Source: Mobula hypostoma
Lineage: Eukaryota
Assembly (NCBI RefSeq): GCF_963921235.1
Contig: NC_086107.1
Location: 106,766,001 to 106,830,000, forward strand
Length of the DNA stretch: 64,000 nt
Reading direction: 5' to 3'
Both the position numbers and the translations under genes were made by a program. Below, one piece after another: positions 37,801 through 51,114 of this stretch. The first letter of the stretch is position 1, and the number at the start of each line of letters is the position of its first letter. The notes beneath the pieces are model-generated. The model searched no databases. It was not told the DNA's origin and saw nothing but the letters and a program-made list of their open reading frames with translations.

Positions 37801-39019
37801 CATATTTGATATGCATAATGTATTAAATATTAAAAATGTAATCCCGCTGTTAAAGCATCCTGCAAATATATTTTTTAAAATTATTGTACCTGTTAAATGT
37901 CCTTGTAGCAGTAATTATGCATGATAATATTGTTGCGTTTTAAAAGGACAAAATATGAAGTGATCCTATATGGAATATGAGGTAATACCGAGTTTTCAAA
38001 ATAAAAATGAATGCAAAACAATTTTATGAGTATATTTTGATATTGTACGTTAAGAAATCTGATAACAATATCGTTCTATATACTAAATAATCTAATATTA
38101 AAAATTCATGTTAAATAATGTAAGTGTAAAACTACAATCTATGCTTAATAAATTGGGAAGAACACACAAACAAGAAATATCGAGATGAATAATATTTTAA
38201 TACGTGCAAAGCTTTAGTAAATAGAGTGAATATTTCAGAATATCACTAAGCAAACTAGATAAGAACGTGGAATAAAATTTATTTGTGGTAAGTCACTATT
38301 TAACATTTCAGAGCATGTTAACCAATGTACCTAAAAACGTTTGCAATTTAAATTAAACAATCATAAGTGCGTTTATTTTTATTAATAAATTATTTTTAAA
38401 TATATTATTAAGTAAATTGATAAATAATAAATATACAACAAATAAGTAGTCCATTATATTCATTAATTGAAAGAAATATAGAGTATTAGGTGATAATTGG
38501 TATTACTCTGAGTGGCTGAAACCCAGAGAAAAGAAGTGGATCAATATAAATTTTCAGTCTTGTTCTAATTCTCACAAGCCTGTGGTGATGACAGATTTAC
38601 ATTCCTGAAGTAATTTTCCTGATGTCCCAAAGTGCTTTACAGCGAATGAAGTGCTTTCTAAACTGCAGCCACTTTTGCAGTATATGTACGTTTTTTTTTG
38701 CATGACTATTTCTTTTTGCTCACTATTTTGAATGTGCTGTGTATGTTTTGCATTTTGACCCCAGCGGAACGCTGTTTCATTTGGCTGCATTTACGTTTGA
38801 ATGATAATTAAACTTGAATTTTGAATTTGAAACCTGGCAGAAATTTGCATAGGGCAAGATCCCACTTGCTCAGAGGGAGAGGAGTAGAAATTAACTTTGA
38901 GGGAAAGGTGGGGATTAAATCAGCTGAGGAGGAGATGGAAGGGTAAGTTAAACGTGGGGCCGGAGTAGAGGAAAAGTTCCTTTCTGGTGATGTTGAATAT
39001 TGGAAAATGCACTGAGGTT

Positions 39020-39615
39020 CAATGGCATCTATTTTGATTCCAATCCCCATTCCCATTCCAACATGTTGCTCCATGACCTCCTCTACTGCCATAATGAGGC
39101 CACTCTCAGGTTGGAGGAGCAACACCTCATATTCTATCTTCGTAGCCTCCAAACTGTTGACGTGAACATCAATATCTCCAAATTCCAGTAATGATTCCCC
39201 TTCCCCTTCCCTTTCCCTCTGCTAACTTTCCTCTTTCCTCTTCCCTCTTCTTTAATTCCCCACTCTGGCCCCCCCCTTACACCTTCTCTTCTCCTCAGTT
39301 GCTGTTAAGTCCCCCTGGTGCCCCTTCTCCTTCCCTTTCTCCCATGGTCCACTCTCCTCTCCTGTCAGATTCCTTCATCTCCAGCCCTTTCCCTTTCCCA
39401 CTCACCTGGCTTCACCTATCACCTTCCAGCTTGTCCTCCTTCCCCACCACCCACCACTACCTTCTTTCCCCTTCCTTTCCAGTCCTGATGAAGAGTCTTG
39501 GGCTGAAATGTTGACTTTTATTCATTTCCATAGACGCTGCCTGACCTGCTGAGTTCTTCCAGCGTCTTGTGTGTGTTGCTCTGGATTTCCAGCACCTGCA
39601 GAATCTCCTGTGTTT
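39020..39615 (+). mobile_element. Penelope-like element 3' fragment: end of GIY-YIG endonuclease ORF, pyrimidine-rich UTR, hammerhead (39481-39516), terminal repeat
   Basis: Frame ...HSHSNMLLHDLLYCHNEATLRLEEQHLIFYLRSLQTVDVNINISKFQ* resembles the Penelope endonuclease C-terminus. It is followed by AGTCCTGATGAAGAGTCTTGGGCTGAAATGTTGACT. Confidence 0.75.
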
Positions 39616-40257
39616 CTGAGGTTCAAAAACCCTCTTTACTGATCTCCCCCCCAAAAAAAATTCTGTTGGATTCTTTCGAAGAGCATGCAGGTCTTCGATT
39701 AAATCACTCCTGTCAAAAGCAGCACATCCAAAGGTGCTGCCCTCCTCTGTTAGCACAAGAGATTCTGCAGATGCTGGAAATCTGGAGTAAGACATGCAAA
39801 ATGCTGGAGGAACTCAGCAAGTCCAGCAGCATCTATTGAGATGAATAAAGAGTCAACATTTTGGGCTAGAATGGCTTCTTCTGTCTTCCTTTCACCTCTT
39901 GATGAAGGGTCTTGCCCCAAAATGTCGACTGGTTATTCCCCTGTCCGACCTGCTAAGTTACTCGAGCATTTTTTGTGTGGGGCTTCTTTGTAACTGCTTT
40001 GGGAGACTCAGCCCAGATCTCTGCACTCCCATCTCTGGCGTGGAACCGAAGGTAAGGTTGTGCTGATTAAGGGCTCAGAGGATTTGCAACTGTACATTGA
40101 GGAACCCCAGGTACTTGGGATCCAAATGTCAATTGGGACAGACAGGCGGATTACCCGGATCGAGCCAGAATTGTCCCAATAGAAGTAGGAGGCAACGTAA
40201 CTGCCTGATCTTGCCATTTCTCAGGCTAGACAGGGAAAGCAATTCAATATCCCTTTG

Positions 40258-40541
40258 AAAGAGAGTGAGGGAGAGAGGGAACGTGAAAGTAAATGAGAGA
40301 GAGACAGGAGAGAGAGTTAGAAAGTGAGTAAGAGAGTGAAAGAGAGACAGACAGTGGGGAGAGTGAGAGAGGGAAAATGAGTGAAGGAGAGCGAGGGGAA
40401 AGGAGAGTAAGAGAGAGAAGGGGTGGGAAAGAGAATGGGTGAAAGAGTAAGGAGAGAGCGAACGTGGGAGTAGAGGGGGGAGAAAGAAAGAGAGGGAGAA
40501 AGAGAGAGAGAGAGAGAACATGTGTGTGTGTGTGTGTGTGT
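40258..40541. repeat. GA-rich low-complexity tract followed by (TG)n
   Basis: Direct reading. Confidence 0.9.
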
Positions 40542-41315
40542 ATTTTAAATGTAGCGGCTTCAAGTTTCTGTCTGTAACATTGTGCCTTCTCTATGATCAA
40601 GCAAACAGCATTGTGGCCACATGTGACTGTTTTAGCCAGGTGAGGTTTTAACTGATGAAATATTTCTCTTTAAACATAAAGCAGCATCTGCAAATCTGCA
40701 ACAGCACAGAAGCCGCCGGTCGGGAGCTCCACGATTTCAATGCAGTGCCAATGAAGGAGTCAAGCGGGGAAAAGCATGACTTGGAGGCAAAGCAGACCGA
40801 ATTGTTCCCATGTGTCTGCTATACTTGGCCTGTTAGATGATAAGGTCAAAGGCTTGGGAAAGATTGGTTAAAAGAAAAAGCTTTGATGAGCTACAGCAGT
40901 GCGTTTTGTAGGTTGCTAACAAGTGGGCAGTTAATTAGCAGAAACCTGCCCAGCCCGAGAAGATTACATTGATTTCAATAATCGCTTTCCCTAAAACGAT
41001 GAACTTTTTTTATCCTAAAGTCAGGGTCAACATTGAAAAGAAATAGGAAGGTTGGCGGAGAGGCACGAGGCAGGTGTATAATGGTGCAAGGTCAAAAAAA
41101 AGGAGATATGATGTTCAAACAATTGATTAAAAGAATGGTAAGGATATGGAACTGATGGCTTCAGAGGGCTCTTAGGGTGAATAGCCTGCAAGAGGATGTA
41201 CTGTTCGGGTATATTCTGGAGTTATGGAATATAGCAAATACTAATTCTAACAGTAGCCAGTCTTCAGATCAGAACATGGATTGTAGATTGAATTTAAAAT
41301 GCAACTCTGAACAAT

Positions 41316-41482
41316 GACGCAAACACGAAGAAATCTGCAGACAACAGGAATTCTGCAGATGCTGGAAATTCAAGCAACACACATCAAAGTTGCTGGTGAA
41401 CGCAGCAGGCCAGGCAGCATCTGTAGGAAGAGGTACAGACGACGTTTCGGGCCGAGACCCTTCGTCAGGGTCAGGGTCTCGG
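41316..41482 (-). mobile_element. Short Penelope-like insertion with hammerhead core and a micro-inversion at its 5' end, 10-bp TSD
   Basis: TCTGAACAAT at 41306-41315 and 41483-41492. Minus strand CTGACGAAGGGTCTCGGCCCGAAACGTC; inverted AGGGTCTCGG at 41473-41482. Confidence 0.8.
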
Positions 41483-43209
41483 TCTGAACAATAACCTTCC
41501 GTTTGACCGCAGAAGCCTGCATATGCATGAATGCGGCAATTAACATTCATTTTGGGTGTCTGGAGTGTGGGTGCAAAGAGGGTGGTGTTTGACAACCATA
41601 TGTAAATCAAAGGAAGCACTGTAGATACAGTATAACTGTAGAATTGTCCTGTTGCTACCTTTCATCTTTAGCATGTAAAAATGTCATGTAATATTGGGCT
41701 GAGCAGGCTTCTTCTTTCAAGAGTGTCTCAATATGATGCCTACTGCCCGTTTTTGTTGAATAAAACACTTCTCTATCCATTAGCTTCAACGTCTCTCCAG
41801 TGACTTTGTACACGTCACAACAAATAGTCTGGATGCACTTAAGGGGAAATTGGACAAGCCCACGAGAGAGAACGAAACTGAGATCACACTGTTGGATTTA
41901 AATGAAGAAGGAAAGGAGGAGGTTCATGTGGCGTAGAAGTGCTAACATGAACAGTTTGGGCCAAATGTACATGCCTTAGAATACAGTGCAAGAACCAAAT
42001 TATAATGATTTGAACACCTACAGACAGCTCCAATTTACAGAGCTCCCCTTTAGTGTAATCCGTAAAGCTGGGACACATCTATGGCCCAATTAGTGTAATG
42101 GTCCGTTAAAATATACATTTGTTAATGGAAGCCTGCTTAAAGGGCACCACTGTCACAACACAGAGAGAAAGGAACTGTGAGGTAATGTGTCATTTCTGCT
42201 GCAGTGCAATGTGACCTTGTAGCTATACTCAAGGCACGCACTCAGCTGTTCTCAAATGTGGCTCAGTCGGTAGGTCTTTGGGTTCTGAGTCGGGAGGCTG
42301 TTGGTTCAGCTCCTGCTCAGGGGGGCTGGAGGAAGCCCTGGTGGAATCATGGGACAGCAGTTAAAACGTGCTGTGATGCTGTGACGGCTTTCAGATCTGA
42401 CGTTAAACTGGGATTGTGTTCTCCTTTTTGTCTGGATTTAAAAAGCATCATTATGCTATTCTTGAAAAGGCACGTTGAGTCATACGACACAGAAACAGGC
42501 CCTGCAGCCTGATTGATCCATGCTGACAAAGATTCCCATTTAACCTGGTCCTCTTGGCCCAAATTTGGCCCCTATCCCTCTCAGCATTTCCTATCCATCT
42601 CCCTGTCCAAGTTCCTTTTAAATGAGGGGAGGAACTTCTTTAGCCAGGGGGTGGCGAATCTGTGGAATTCATTGTCACAGACAGCTGCGGAGGCCAGGTC
42701 ACTGAGTACATTTGAAGTGAAGGTTCATAGGTTCTTGTCAAAGGTTACGGGGAGAAGGCAGGAGAATGGAGTTGTGAGGGATAGCATATCAGCCATGATG
42801 GATTGGCAGACCTGACTCGATGGGCCAAATGGCCTAAATCTTATGCTCTTATATACCTGCCTCAACATTTCCTCAGGTAGCTCGTTCAATGTACTGACAT
42901 TATACCTCTGGGTGAAAGGATTGCCCCTCAGGTTCTGATTAAATCTTTTGCCCCTCATCTTTGAGCTTTGCCTCCTTGTCCTTGATGCCCAACCCTGTGA
43001 AAAAAACAGTACTCCTTCATGTCCCTCTATGTCCCTCATGATTTTATAAGATCGCCTCTTCTTCTTCCACATTCTAATCAAAATAAATTGGAGCCTGCAC
43101 AATCTCACTCCATACCTCAGTCCCCTGAGTCCTGGCAACAGCCTCCTCTGCAATCTTTCCAGTTCAGTGATATCTATCTTGTAGATGAGCGCAATATTCT
43201 GTTGTTAAG

Positions 43210-43598
43210 AGTCATTAAGTACTCAGTGAAGATCCTCCATCTCGGTGATGTTCAGGGCTTCCTTCATCATGTCAGTAGTTTCCTCTCTGTTTTCACTACC
43301 ATCAGTCATGCAAGTCCCGGGTGGAGACTCAGGAATACCGTCGCACTCAGATGTAGAAGGATTCTTCATTGCTGTTTCCGTAACAGTTTTGTTTTACTAG
43401 ACAGCTGAGCTGAATCCCTGAACCCGGAGGACTGGTGGACCACTCTTAGTCTGTCCTCTACCTCTCTGACCTGTTTGGCTTGGGTGACCCTACCAAGAGC
43501 CAAAGCGTAAAACCCTGACTCCAGCCAACATAGCTCCCCGGGTCATTGAGGCACACGAGCCTCCAAACCCTACGACAGGGTCATGGTCCTCTTGGAGG
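43210..43598 (-). mobile_element. Second copy of the same RTE-type element
   Basis: Shared GGTGACCCTACCAAGAGCCAAAGC...GGTCCTCTTGGAGG end. Confidence 0.7.
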
Positions 43599-43897
43599 GT
43601 GTGCCTATCCAAGAGGCGTTTAAATGTCCCTTATTTGTCGGCCTCTTCCTCCATCTACTGTGCTACTGTAGCATGGGAACAGACCTCTCTGCTCTTCTAA
43701 TCCATGCCAACCTGTTCTCTACCTAGTCCCATCTAGGTGCACCTGGATCATAGCCCTATGTATCTCTTTCTTCCATGCACCTAACCGAACTTCTCTTAAA
43801 TGTTACACTGGAACGTGCGCCTACCACTTCCACTGACAGCACGTTTCACACTCACACCACAACTCCAAGTGAAGAGGCTCCCCCTCAGGATCTCCTA

Positions 43898-44195
43898 CGG
43901 CACGTAGCGTAGTGGTTAGCACGACGCTTTACAGTACAGGCATCCCGGGTTCAATTCCCACTGCTGCCTGTAAGGAGTTTGTATGTTCTCCCTGTGACCG
44001 CGCGGGTTTCCTCCGGGTGCTCCGGTTTCCTCTCACCGTCCAAAGATGTACCGGTTGGCAGATTTCTTGGTCTTTGTAAATTGTCCCGTGTTAGGCTAGG
44101 ATTAAATTGGGGGGGTTGCTGGGCAGCCAGAAGAACTCGAAGAGCCAGAAGGGCCTTATCTGTGCTGTATCTCAATAAAAGTAAATAAATAAGTA
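43898..44195 (+). mobile_element. V-domain tRNA SINE
   Basis: A/B boxes, V-core and (TAAA)n tail. Confidence 0.85.
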
Positions 44196-44799
44196 AATAT
44201 TTCCCCTTCCACCTCAGTCTATGATCTCTAAGACTAGTCTCACCCAGCCCGAGGGGAGAAGGCTGAGACCCATCATTAATTTTGCATTCCTCACTAGGAT
44301 CTCTCCCCACTCTCCTGTGCTCCAGGGAATTAAGTCCCAAGCTATTAAACCTTTCCCGATAACTCAATTCGTCAAACGCCGTTAGTGCAGCGGCCTCGTA
44401 AATTTTCTTTGGACTTTCTAGATATCTTTGGTACTTGTTATGTTTTGCCCTGGGAGTAAATATATTTATTATTCAATATTTCATAAAATACTAATAGAAC
44501 CATAGAACATAGAACAGTACAGCACAGGAACAGACCCTACAGTGTTGTGCCGAACCTGCTAAAAAGCAAATCAAAAATCTCCAAAAGCTAATCCCTCCTC
44601 CCTACACAATGTCCGTATCCCTCCATCTTCCTCACATTCATGTGCCTATCTAAACGTCTCTTAAAACCTCTAATGTATTTGCCTCCACCACCATACCAGG
44701 CAGTGCAATCCAGGCATCCACCACTCTCTGAGTGAACAACTTACCCCTCACATCCCCCTCTCACTTTCAATGCATGCCCTTTGGTACTAGATATTTCTA

Positions 44800-45234
44800 A
44801 TATTTCAGTATGAACATAGAATTCTCCAACTTCCGGTTATTCCCTCCCCCTCCCTCTCCCCTATCCCAGTTTCACTCTGCCCCGTCCCCCAGCTGCCTAT
44901 CACCTCCCTCACAGTTCCGCCTCCATCTACTACCCATTGTGTTTTCCCCTATTCCTTCTTCACCTTTCCTGCCTATCACCTCCCTGCTTCCCCTCCACCA
45001 CCCCTTTATCTTTCCCCTTACTGGTTTTTCACCTGGAACCTACCAGCCTTCTGCTTCCCACCCTCCCCCCACCTTCTTTATAGGGCCTCTGCCCCTTCCC
45101 TCTACAGTCCTGACGAAGGGTTCCGGCCCGAAACGTTGACCGATCTTTTCCACTGATGCTGCCCAACCTGCTGAGTTCCTCCAGCGTGTTGTGAGAGTTG
45201 CTTTGACCCCAGCATCTGCAGAGTATTTTGTGTT
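44800..45234 (+). mobile_element. Penelope-like 3' fragment inserted in a CR1 copy, 12-bp TSD
   Basis: TAGATATTTCTA at 44788-44799 and 45235-45246. Starts at the ORF end (MNIEFSNFR). Hammerhead at 45105. Confidence 0.8.
45105..45142 (+). ncRNA. Minimal hammerhead ribozyme motif
   Basis: CAGUC-CUGACGA-A-GGG-UUCCGG-CCC-GAA-ACGU-U-GACCG; core intact, GUU triplet, one stem I mismatch. Confidence 0.6.
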
Positions 45235-45810
45235 TAGATATTTCTACCCTGGGAAACAGATACACCCTGTCCACTCCGTCTGTGCCTCTCATAATCTTAT
45301 AAACCTCTAACAGATCTCCCCTCAGCCTTCGCTGCTCCAGAGGAAACAACCCAAATTTGTCCAGCTCCTTATGATAGCACAAGACCTTTAAACCAGGCAG
45401 CATTCTGGTGAACCTCTTCTGCACCCTCTCCAAAGCCTCAACATCCTCCCTGGGGTGACCAGAACTGTGTGCAATACTCCAGCTGGGGCCTCACCAGAGT
45501 CCAATACAAAACGTTATTAATGCTGGAAATACTCAATAGATCAGGCAACATTGGTGGGCGAGAAGGAGTTAATGTTTCATGGGAGTGTTGAGTGATGTGA
45601 AGTGTTTGTTGAGCGTGTTCTGCTTTTATCTTCTGGAGGGAAAAATAAATCAGCCACGATCGATTGATGAAGCACGCTCGATGGGCCAAATTACCTAATT
45701 CTACTCGTATATTTTGTGATCGTGCATTATTGCAGCAGGTAGTTCTGTTGCCTTCGAGCTTCAGTAATCCTGACCTCTACATGATTGTGTGGAGTGTCCG
45801 ACTGCATGGA

Positions 45811-46504
45811 TGTCACAACCGCAGACACTGCTGGGGGGCTATGCGTCCCCCACAGGCGGGCTGCGTAACAGGCTTGGCAACTGTGCTCATGAATATGCAC
45901 GTTCCAGCTAAATACTGTCTCATTATGGTCATATTTAACTCCCTTCTTTTCACTGTAGTCTTATCAAGACTTGACCAGAAGCACAGCAACACTTCCACTC
46001 CTTGCTTGTACCCTCATCCTTGTCCGGGAAAGAGGACTACCGCTTCGACTGATGTTGGAGAGGGGCAGTATTCGTTTAGTATTGTTTTCAGCTGCAGTTT
46101 TGGCATTAACTTTCAGTCTGAGTGCTTTAGTTAACGGCCCTGTTGGCCTAATGTTTATTGTTTTTCTTTTCCTTTAAATTCTGCAACAGTTCTCATTAAA
46201 GTCAGAAGTCAGTGAACTCTTGACCTGCTTCAGTCTCTCCCTCCCTCCCCCCTCTCTCTCTCTCCCCCTCTCTCTCCCCCTCCCCCCTCCCCCCCTCTCT
46301 CTCTCCCCCCTCTCTCTCCCCCTCCCCCCTCCCCCCTCTCTCTCTCCCCCTCCCCCTCTTCCCCCTCTCCCCTCCCCCCTCCCCCTCTCCCCTCCCCCCT
46401 CCCCCTCTCCCCGTCCCCCTCTCCCTCACCCCCCTCTTCCCCTCCCCTCTCCCCCTCCCCCTCTCCCCACACTTGGGCCATATCCAAACGTTTGGATGGT
46501 GACG
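45811..46504 (+). mobile_element. Solo LTR of the same family, containing an expanded C/T tract, apparently inserted in an old V-SINE
   Basis: Shared blocks with 54079-54469 (TGTCACAACC, TGAATATGCA, CCTTCTTTTCA, GACCTGCTTCA). V-core halves GTGTGGAGT and GCATGTTCTCCC lie on either side. Confidence 0.65.
46234..46468. repeat. Almost pure C/T low-complexity tract
   Basis: Direct reading; only isolated purines in ~235 bp. Confidence 0.9.
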
Positions 46505-47182
46505 TTCGCATGTTCTCCCTATGATGGTGTGGGCAGCTCCTGGGCATTCCCACATCCAGCTGGTCAATAGGTTAATTGATGATTGGGAAAATAATCCCCA
46601 GTGAAGGTTGCTGATAGGAAATTTAGGCAGGAGTTGATGGGAATGTGAGAGAGGTTACAATGAAATGAGTGGAATAAAGGGAATGCTCTGAGAACTGGTG
46701 CAGGTTTTGATGGGCTGAATGGCCTTCTATATTATTAAAAGGTAAGAAAATCTGGATACTGCACCGCTGTATCCAGATTACTGTGGAGAAAATGGTTGCT
46801 GTATTTCTTGCATTACCTGAGTGACCAAGCTCTAAACGTACTTAATTGCTCGTAAAGAGCTTTCAAATGTCATGAAAAGGGAGAGGAATTTGCTGCAGAA
46901 ATCCTGCTTTCTAGATCACATTTCAAAACCATTCTTAAAGCCGAGATAAATAATTTTTATTTCTGGTGCAGCAGAAGGGAAACCTTGCAGTTACATAGCA
47001 TCTTTAAAATAACAAAAAAAAAACACCCAAAGGTACAGGAGTATTTTTACAAAACATTTGAGTTTGCCACATAAAATTCAAAGTAACTGTATTATCAAAG
47101 TACATATATGTCACCACATACAACCCTGAGATTAATTTCCTCATGTCTGTACTCAATAAATCCATAGAATAATAGCTATAAC

Positions 47183-47978
47183 TGTCATAAGGGGGTGTTG
47201 GAAGCAGACCCAAATGCAAGACACAGACACTGAAGTACTAGGAACTGGACTATGCTTATTAAGAATTCTAGGGAAGCCAAGGAGCGAGAACAAAATGATA
47301 ACATGAAGGTAGACGAAGAGTGACAAACCGGAAAACCTGGACTTGGACTTGGGACACGAACTTGACAGGGAACTCAGGTCATGACTCGGGACTCGGGTCT
47401 TGGCAGGGACTCAGTACTTGGGTCTAGACTTGGCTCTTGACTAGAACTAGGTCTTGGCTTGGACTGAACTTGGACTTGGCTTGGACTTGGAACTTGACTC
47501 TTGTTTGGACTTGGAACTTGGCTCTCGAGTTGGACTAGGCTCAGACTTGACTTAGACACAGGACATAGAACACTGAGACCGTTCCCCCCTCAGGGTAGTG
47601 GCAAATGGCCGTTCCTACCCAGCGGAGGAGAGAACACGGAGAGACAAAATCACACAACGGTAGACTGTTCTTTATCTTGACAAGAAAAGGCTCCAAGTAG
47701 TGGCAAGCCCTCGACACAGCCCAGGAACTACAGACAGTGGCTCTTATCTCACTCTGGCGGGTTAACTTGATGGGGATTCTGACGAGGTTACTGACGAGGA
47801 CGGTCCAGCAATGAATTACTGGACCCCAGAGCTATTTATGTTGCCAGCCTGAAATGAGAAATCAGGTGCCTCAATTAAGGCGCCCAATGGAACAAGGGAA
47901 AAAAGGAGTAGCCGGAATACGGAATCCATGGACTGGACCATGAACCAGAATGTGGACTTCACGGACTGGATTGTGACA
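47183..47978. mobile_element. Solo LTR, 796 bp
   Basis: TGTCA...TGACA termini; perfect 5-bp TSD ATAAC (47178-47182, 47979-47983); internal (GGACTT)n-like repeats at 47335-47560. Confidence 0.8.
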
Positions 47979-50094
47979 ATAACAGGATCAATGAAAGACC
48001 GAGCAAAAAAAAAAACACAAAGAGCTGGAAGATCTCTGCAAGTCAGGCAGCATCTGTGGAGGGAAATGGACAATGGCTCTTCCTGTTGAGACCTTTCAGC
48101 TGGATTGAAAAATGAAGAGGAGATAGTTTGTATAAAGGGTGATGAAAAGTTTGGTCAGAGAACCAGATGTCGTGGTATTTCCTCAAAGGGGAAGGAGAGT
48201 GTGGGGTTTGGAGAGGGAATTCCAGAGCTCTAGACCTGGATCTGGGGCAGTTAGAGGCAATAGCGGACTGACTAAATTCAGGTATGATCCAGAGGGCAGA
48301 ATTGGAGGAACCCATAAATCTTAGTGGCTTTACAGAGGGGGAGAGGGGAGTGTTGCAAAGACTTATCCCCTAGTAATAATGATCATTCAGGCACAAAGAT
48401 CATCTGTAGTTACTGACAAGTATCTTTATTGTCTCAACAGAAGAGCACATGAATACCTATTTGCACACCTACTAAGGTTTCCTGACCGTCCATAAACTGT
48501 CAAAGAATAGAAGAGGTAATACCCTGAAAAGGAGTCTACACTGACCGTATGTTCCTCGTGGTCCCTATCTAATCTCCACGTGTCCGTGGGGTACTCCACT
48601 TCCGTGATGGTTGGCCTCTGAAGAGTTGTCGCTGCTTTGCATCCAAAGCCTCTGTTTTTATATTCTTTCCTTACTACTTCAAATGTCACATTTGAATCTC
48701 ATTGGCTGTGGGTGGGTCATCTGATGACCTATATCACTTTCTTATTGGCTCTGGTCCAAGTCAGCATCCATTTGTTGCCCTTCATCCACAAGTGGCAACT
48801 GGTGAAATCAGTTACCAGCTTGAATCACTCATGGCAGACACAGACCCCACCATTCACAAACCTTCAATGCTACATCAGACCAAAGAACATCCCACAAACA
48901 ACTTCTTATTTGGAAATTACCTCTAATCCAGCAGATTACCTGGAGCATCATTGTCTCTACTTTAAAACACTGACTCAGCCAAGCAAAACCAGTTCACAAA
49001 ATGGAGGATGCAGAGCAGCTTCACAAAATGGCAGCCTTCATTCCTTCAACCTCATGGCAAGAACAAAAGACGATCGGTCTATCTGCTTCCACTTCCCTTG
49101 ATTCATACGAATTCACTGATTTGTAGACTGTAGTTCTTTCTGGCCAACAAAGGGTACCAGATCAAAAATATTGCAGATATAAGAAATCTGAACTAGATTG
49201 GAAATACTCAGCTGGTCGACAACATCTGTGGAAAGAGAAGCAGACCACATACAGATTAGGAGACTGCTTTTCACAGCACCTCTGTTTTGTCTACAGACAT
49301 GACCTGTCAATTCAATTCTCTGTCCCTCTCCCAGGATGACCTATCATCTGTAGCCTGCTCTGTTTTAATCAGGCCAAAAATAAACTTGAGGGACAGTATC
49401 TCATCTTCAGTGTGGATATTTTGCAGCCTTTGGGATTCGGTATCAAATTGAACAATTTCAGATAACTTTTTTTTTCTGTTCTGTTTGTATCCAGTCTGGC
49501 CAGTTCCACTGTAAGGTTATCCAGCTGTAAAATTAACTCAGCTTGTCTCTCGGCATGGACAGTGCCTGATTTCCACCATTCTCCAACTGGTTTCAGCTTT
49601 CAGCACCAGCTCTGCCCTGCATTTCACAGAACTTGCATGTCTCTTTGTTTCCCGTCTCTAACGACCCATCTTCAATCTACCAACCAGAGGGTTTCATAAA
49701 CAGCAGAATCACCAGCCTCACCCTATCTGAGACATCCCTTTTGTCTTAAACCAGCCCTCCAATACCCACTCTGGAACTTAAAACTACCTTGTTTTATCAC
49801 TTTCCAAAATTCCGGTGGAAGGTCTTCAATTGGAAGCAGAAATCCTGTTTCCCTTCCAGCATTGATCTGTTCCAACTCTCATAACAATCCCATCCCTCCA
49901 GCAAAACACACAAAATGCTGGAGGAACTCAGCAACCCAGGCAGCCTCTGTGGAGGGGAATGAGTGGTTGCCATTTTGGACCAAGACCCTTCATCATAACT
50001 CAGCCCTCCACTTATTGCCCAGTAATCTCTTCTCTCTTTCACAAATGTCTATCAACACCGCCCTGTTTCTCCTAGTTCCAATTTACATATTGCA

Positions 50095-50645
50095 CCATAA
50101 GACATGGGAGCAGAATCAGGCCATTCAGCCCCTCGAGTCTACTCTGCCACTACCACATGGCTGATTTATTATCCCTCTCAACAACATTCTCCTGTCTTCT
50201 TCCTGTAACCTTTGACGTCCTTACTAATCAAGAAACTATCAATCTCCATTTTAAATATACCCAATGACTTGGCCTCCACAGCCGTCTGTGGCAATGAATT
50301 CCACAGATTCGCCACCCTCTGGCTAAAGAAATTCCTCCCCGTCTCTGTTCTGAAGGGATGTACTTCTATTCTGAGGCTGTCAATATTTGGTCGGTTTCAA
50401 CGAGTTCCCCCACTCATTCTTCTAAACTTCAGTGAGTTCAGGCCTACAGCCGTCAAGTGCTCCTCTAATGGTAACCTTTTGTTTCCCAGGTTCATTCTTG
50501 TAAACCTTCTCCGGACCCTCTCCAATGCTGGCGCATCCTTTCTTCGAAATGAGGCCCAAAACTGCTTACAGTTCTCCACAAAAGTGGTCTGACCAAAGCC
50601 TTGCAGACTTTCAGCATTACATTCTTGCTTTTATATTCTAGTCTC
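50095..50645 (-). mobile_element. CR1 3' fragment with internal deletion
   Basis: Reverse-complement homology to other CR1 copies; junction AATATTGA|CAGCCTCAGAATAG. Confidence 0.8.
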
Positions 50646-51114
50646 CTCTTACATTCAGCCTGTACTGATGCCGCCTATCAAGACACAAGACAACGTAGAT
50701 GGTGGATTCTGGAGTTATACAGCCGGAGGAGCTCAGGTGGTCAGGCAGCACGTGTAGAAGAAATGGATAGTTGACATTTCAGGTCGCGATCCTTCATCTT
50801 GTGTGAAGGTGTAGAGTGGGGATAGCTAATAGAAAGATATGAGGGAGTGGGGTGGGCCAAGAGCTGGCAAGTGATAGGTGGACTCAGGTGAGGAGAGGTT
50901 GATTGGCAGATAGAGTCAGCCGAGGGCGGGAGGAGTGCAAATACCTTTAGAGGCTGGGAGGCAACAAAGGTCTGCAGGTGATGGAATCTGATAGGAGAGA
51001 AAGGTGAAGCATGGAACCAAATAAGGGAGGTGGGAACAGTGGTCAGGAGGACCCACTGGAGGATGCAGGACATCTGCAGTCCAGGCTTCTGCTCTACTCT
51101 TGAAGGCCATCAAC

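Noticed and set aside
46202..46570. Gly/Glu/Arg- and Pro-rich ORFs
   Set aside because: Artefacts of the C/T low-complexity tract; the same applies to 40129-40600.
49555..49612. REST/RE1 site (GGACAGTGCC and TTCAGCACC)
   Set aside because: Half-sites are in reversed order ~30 bp apart and lie in what looks like a decayed Penelope-type repeat.
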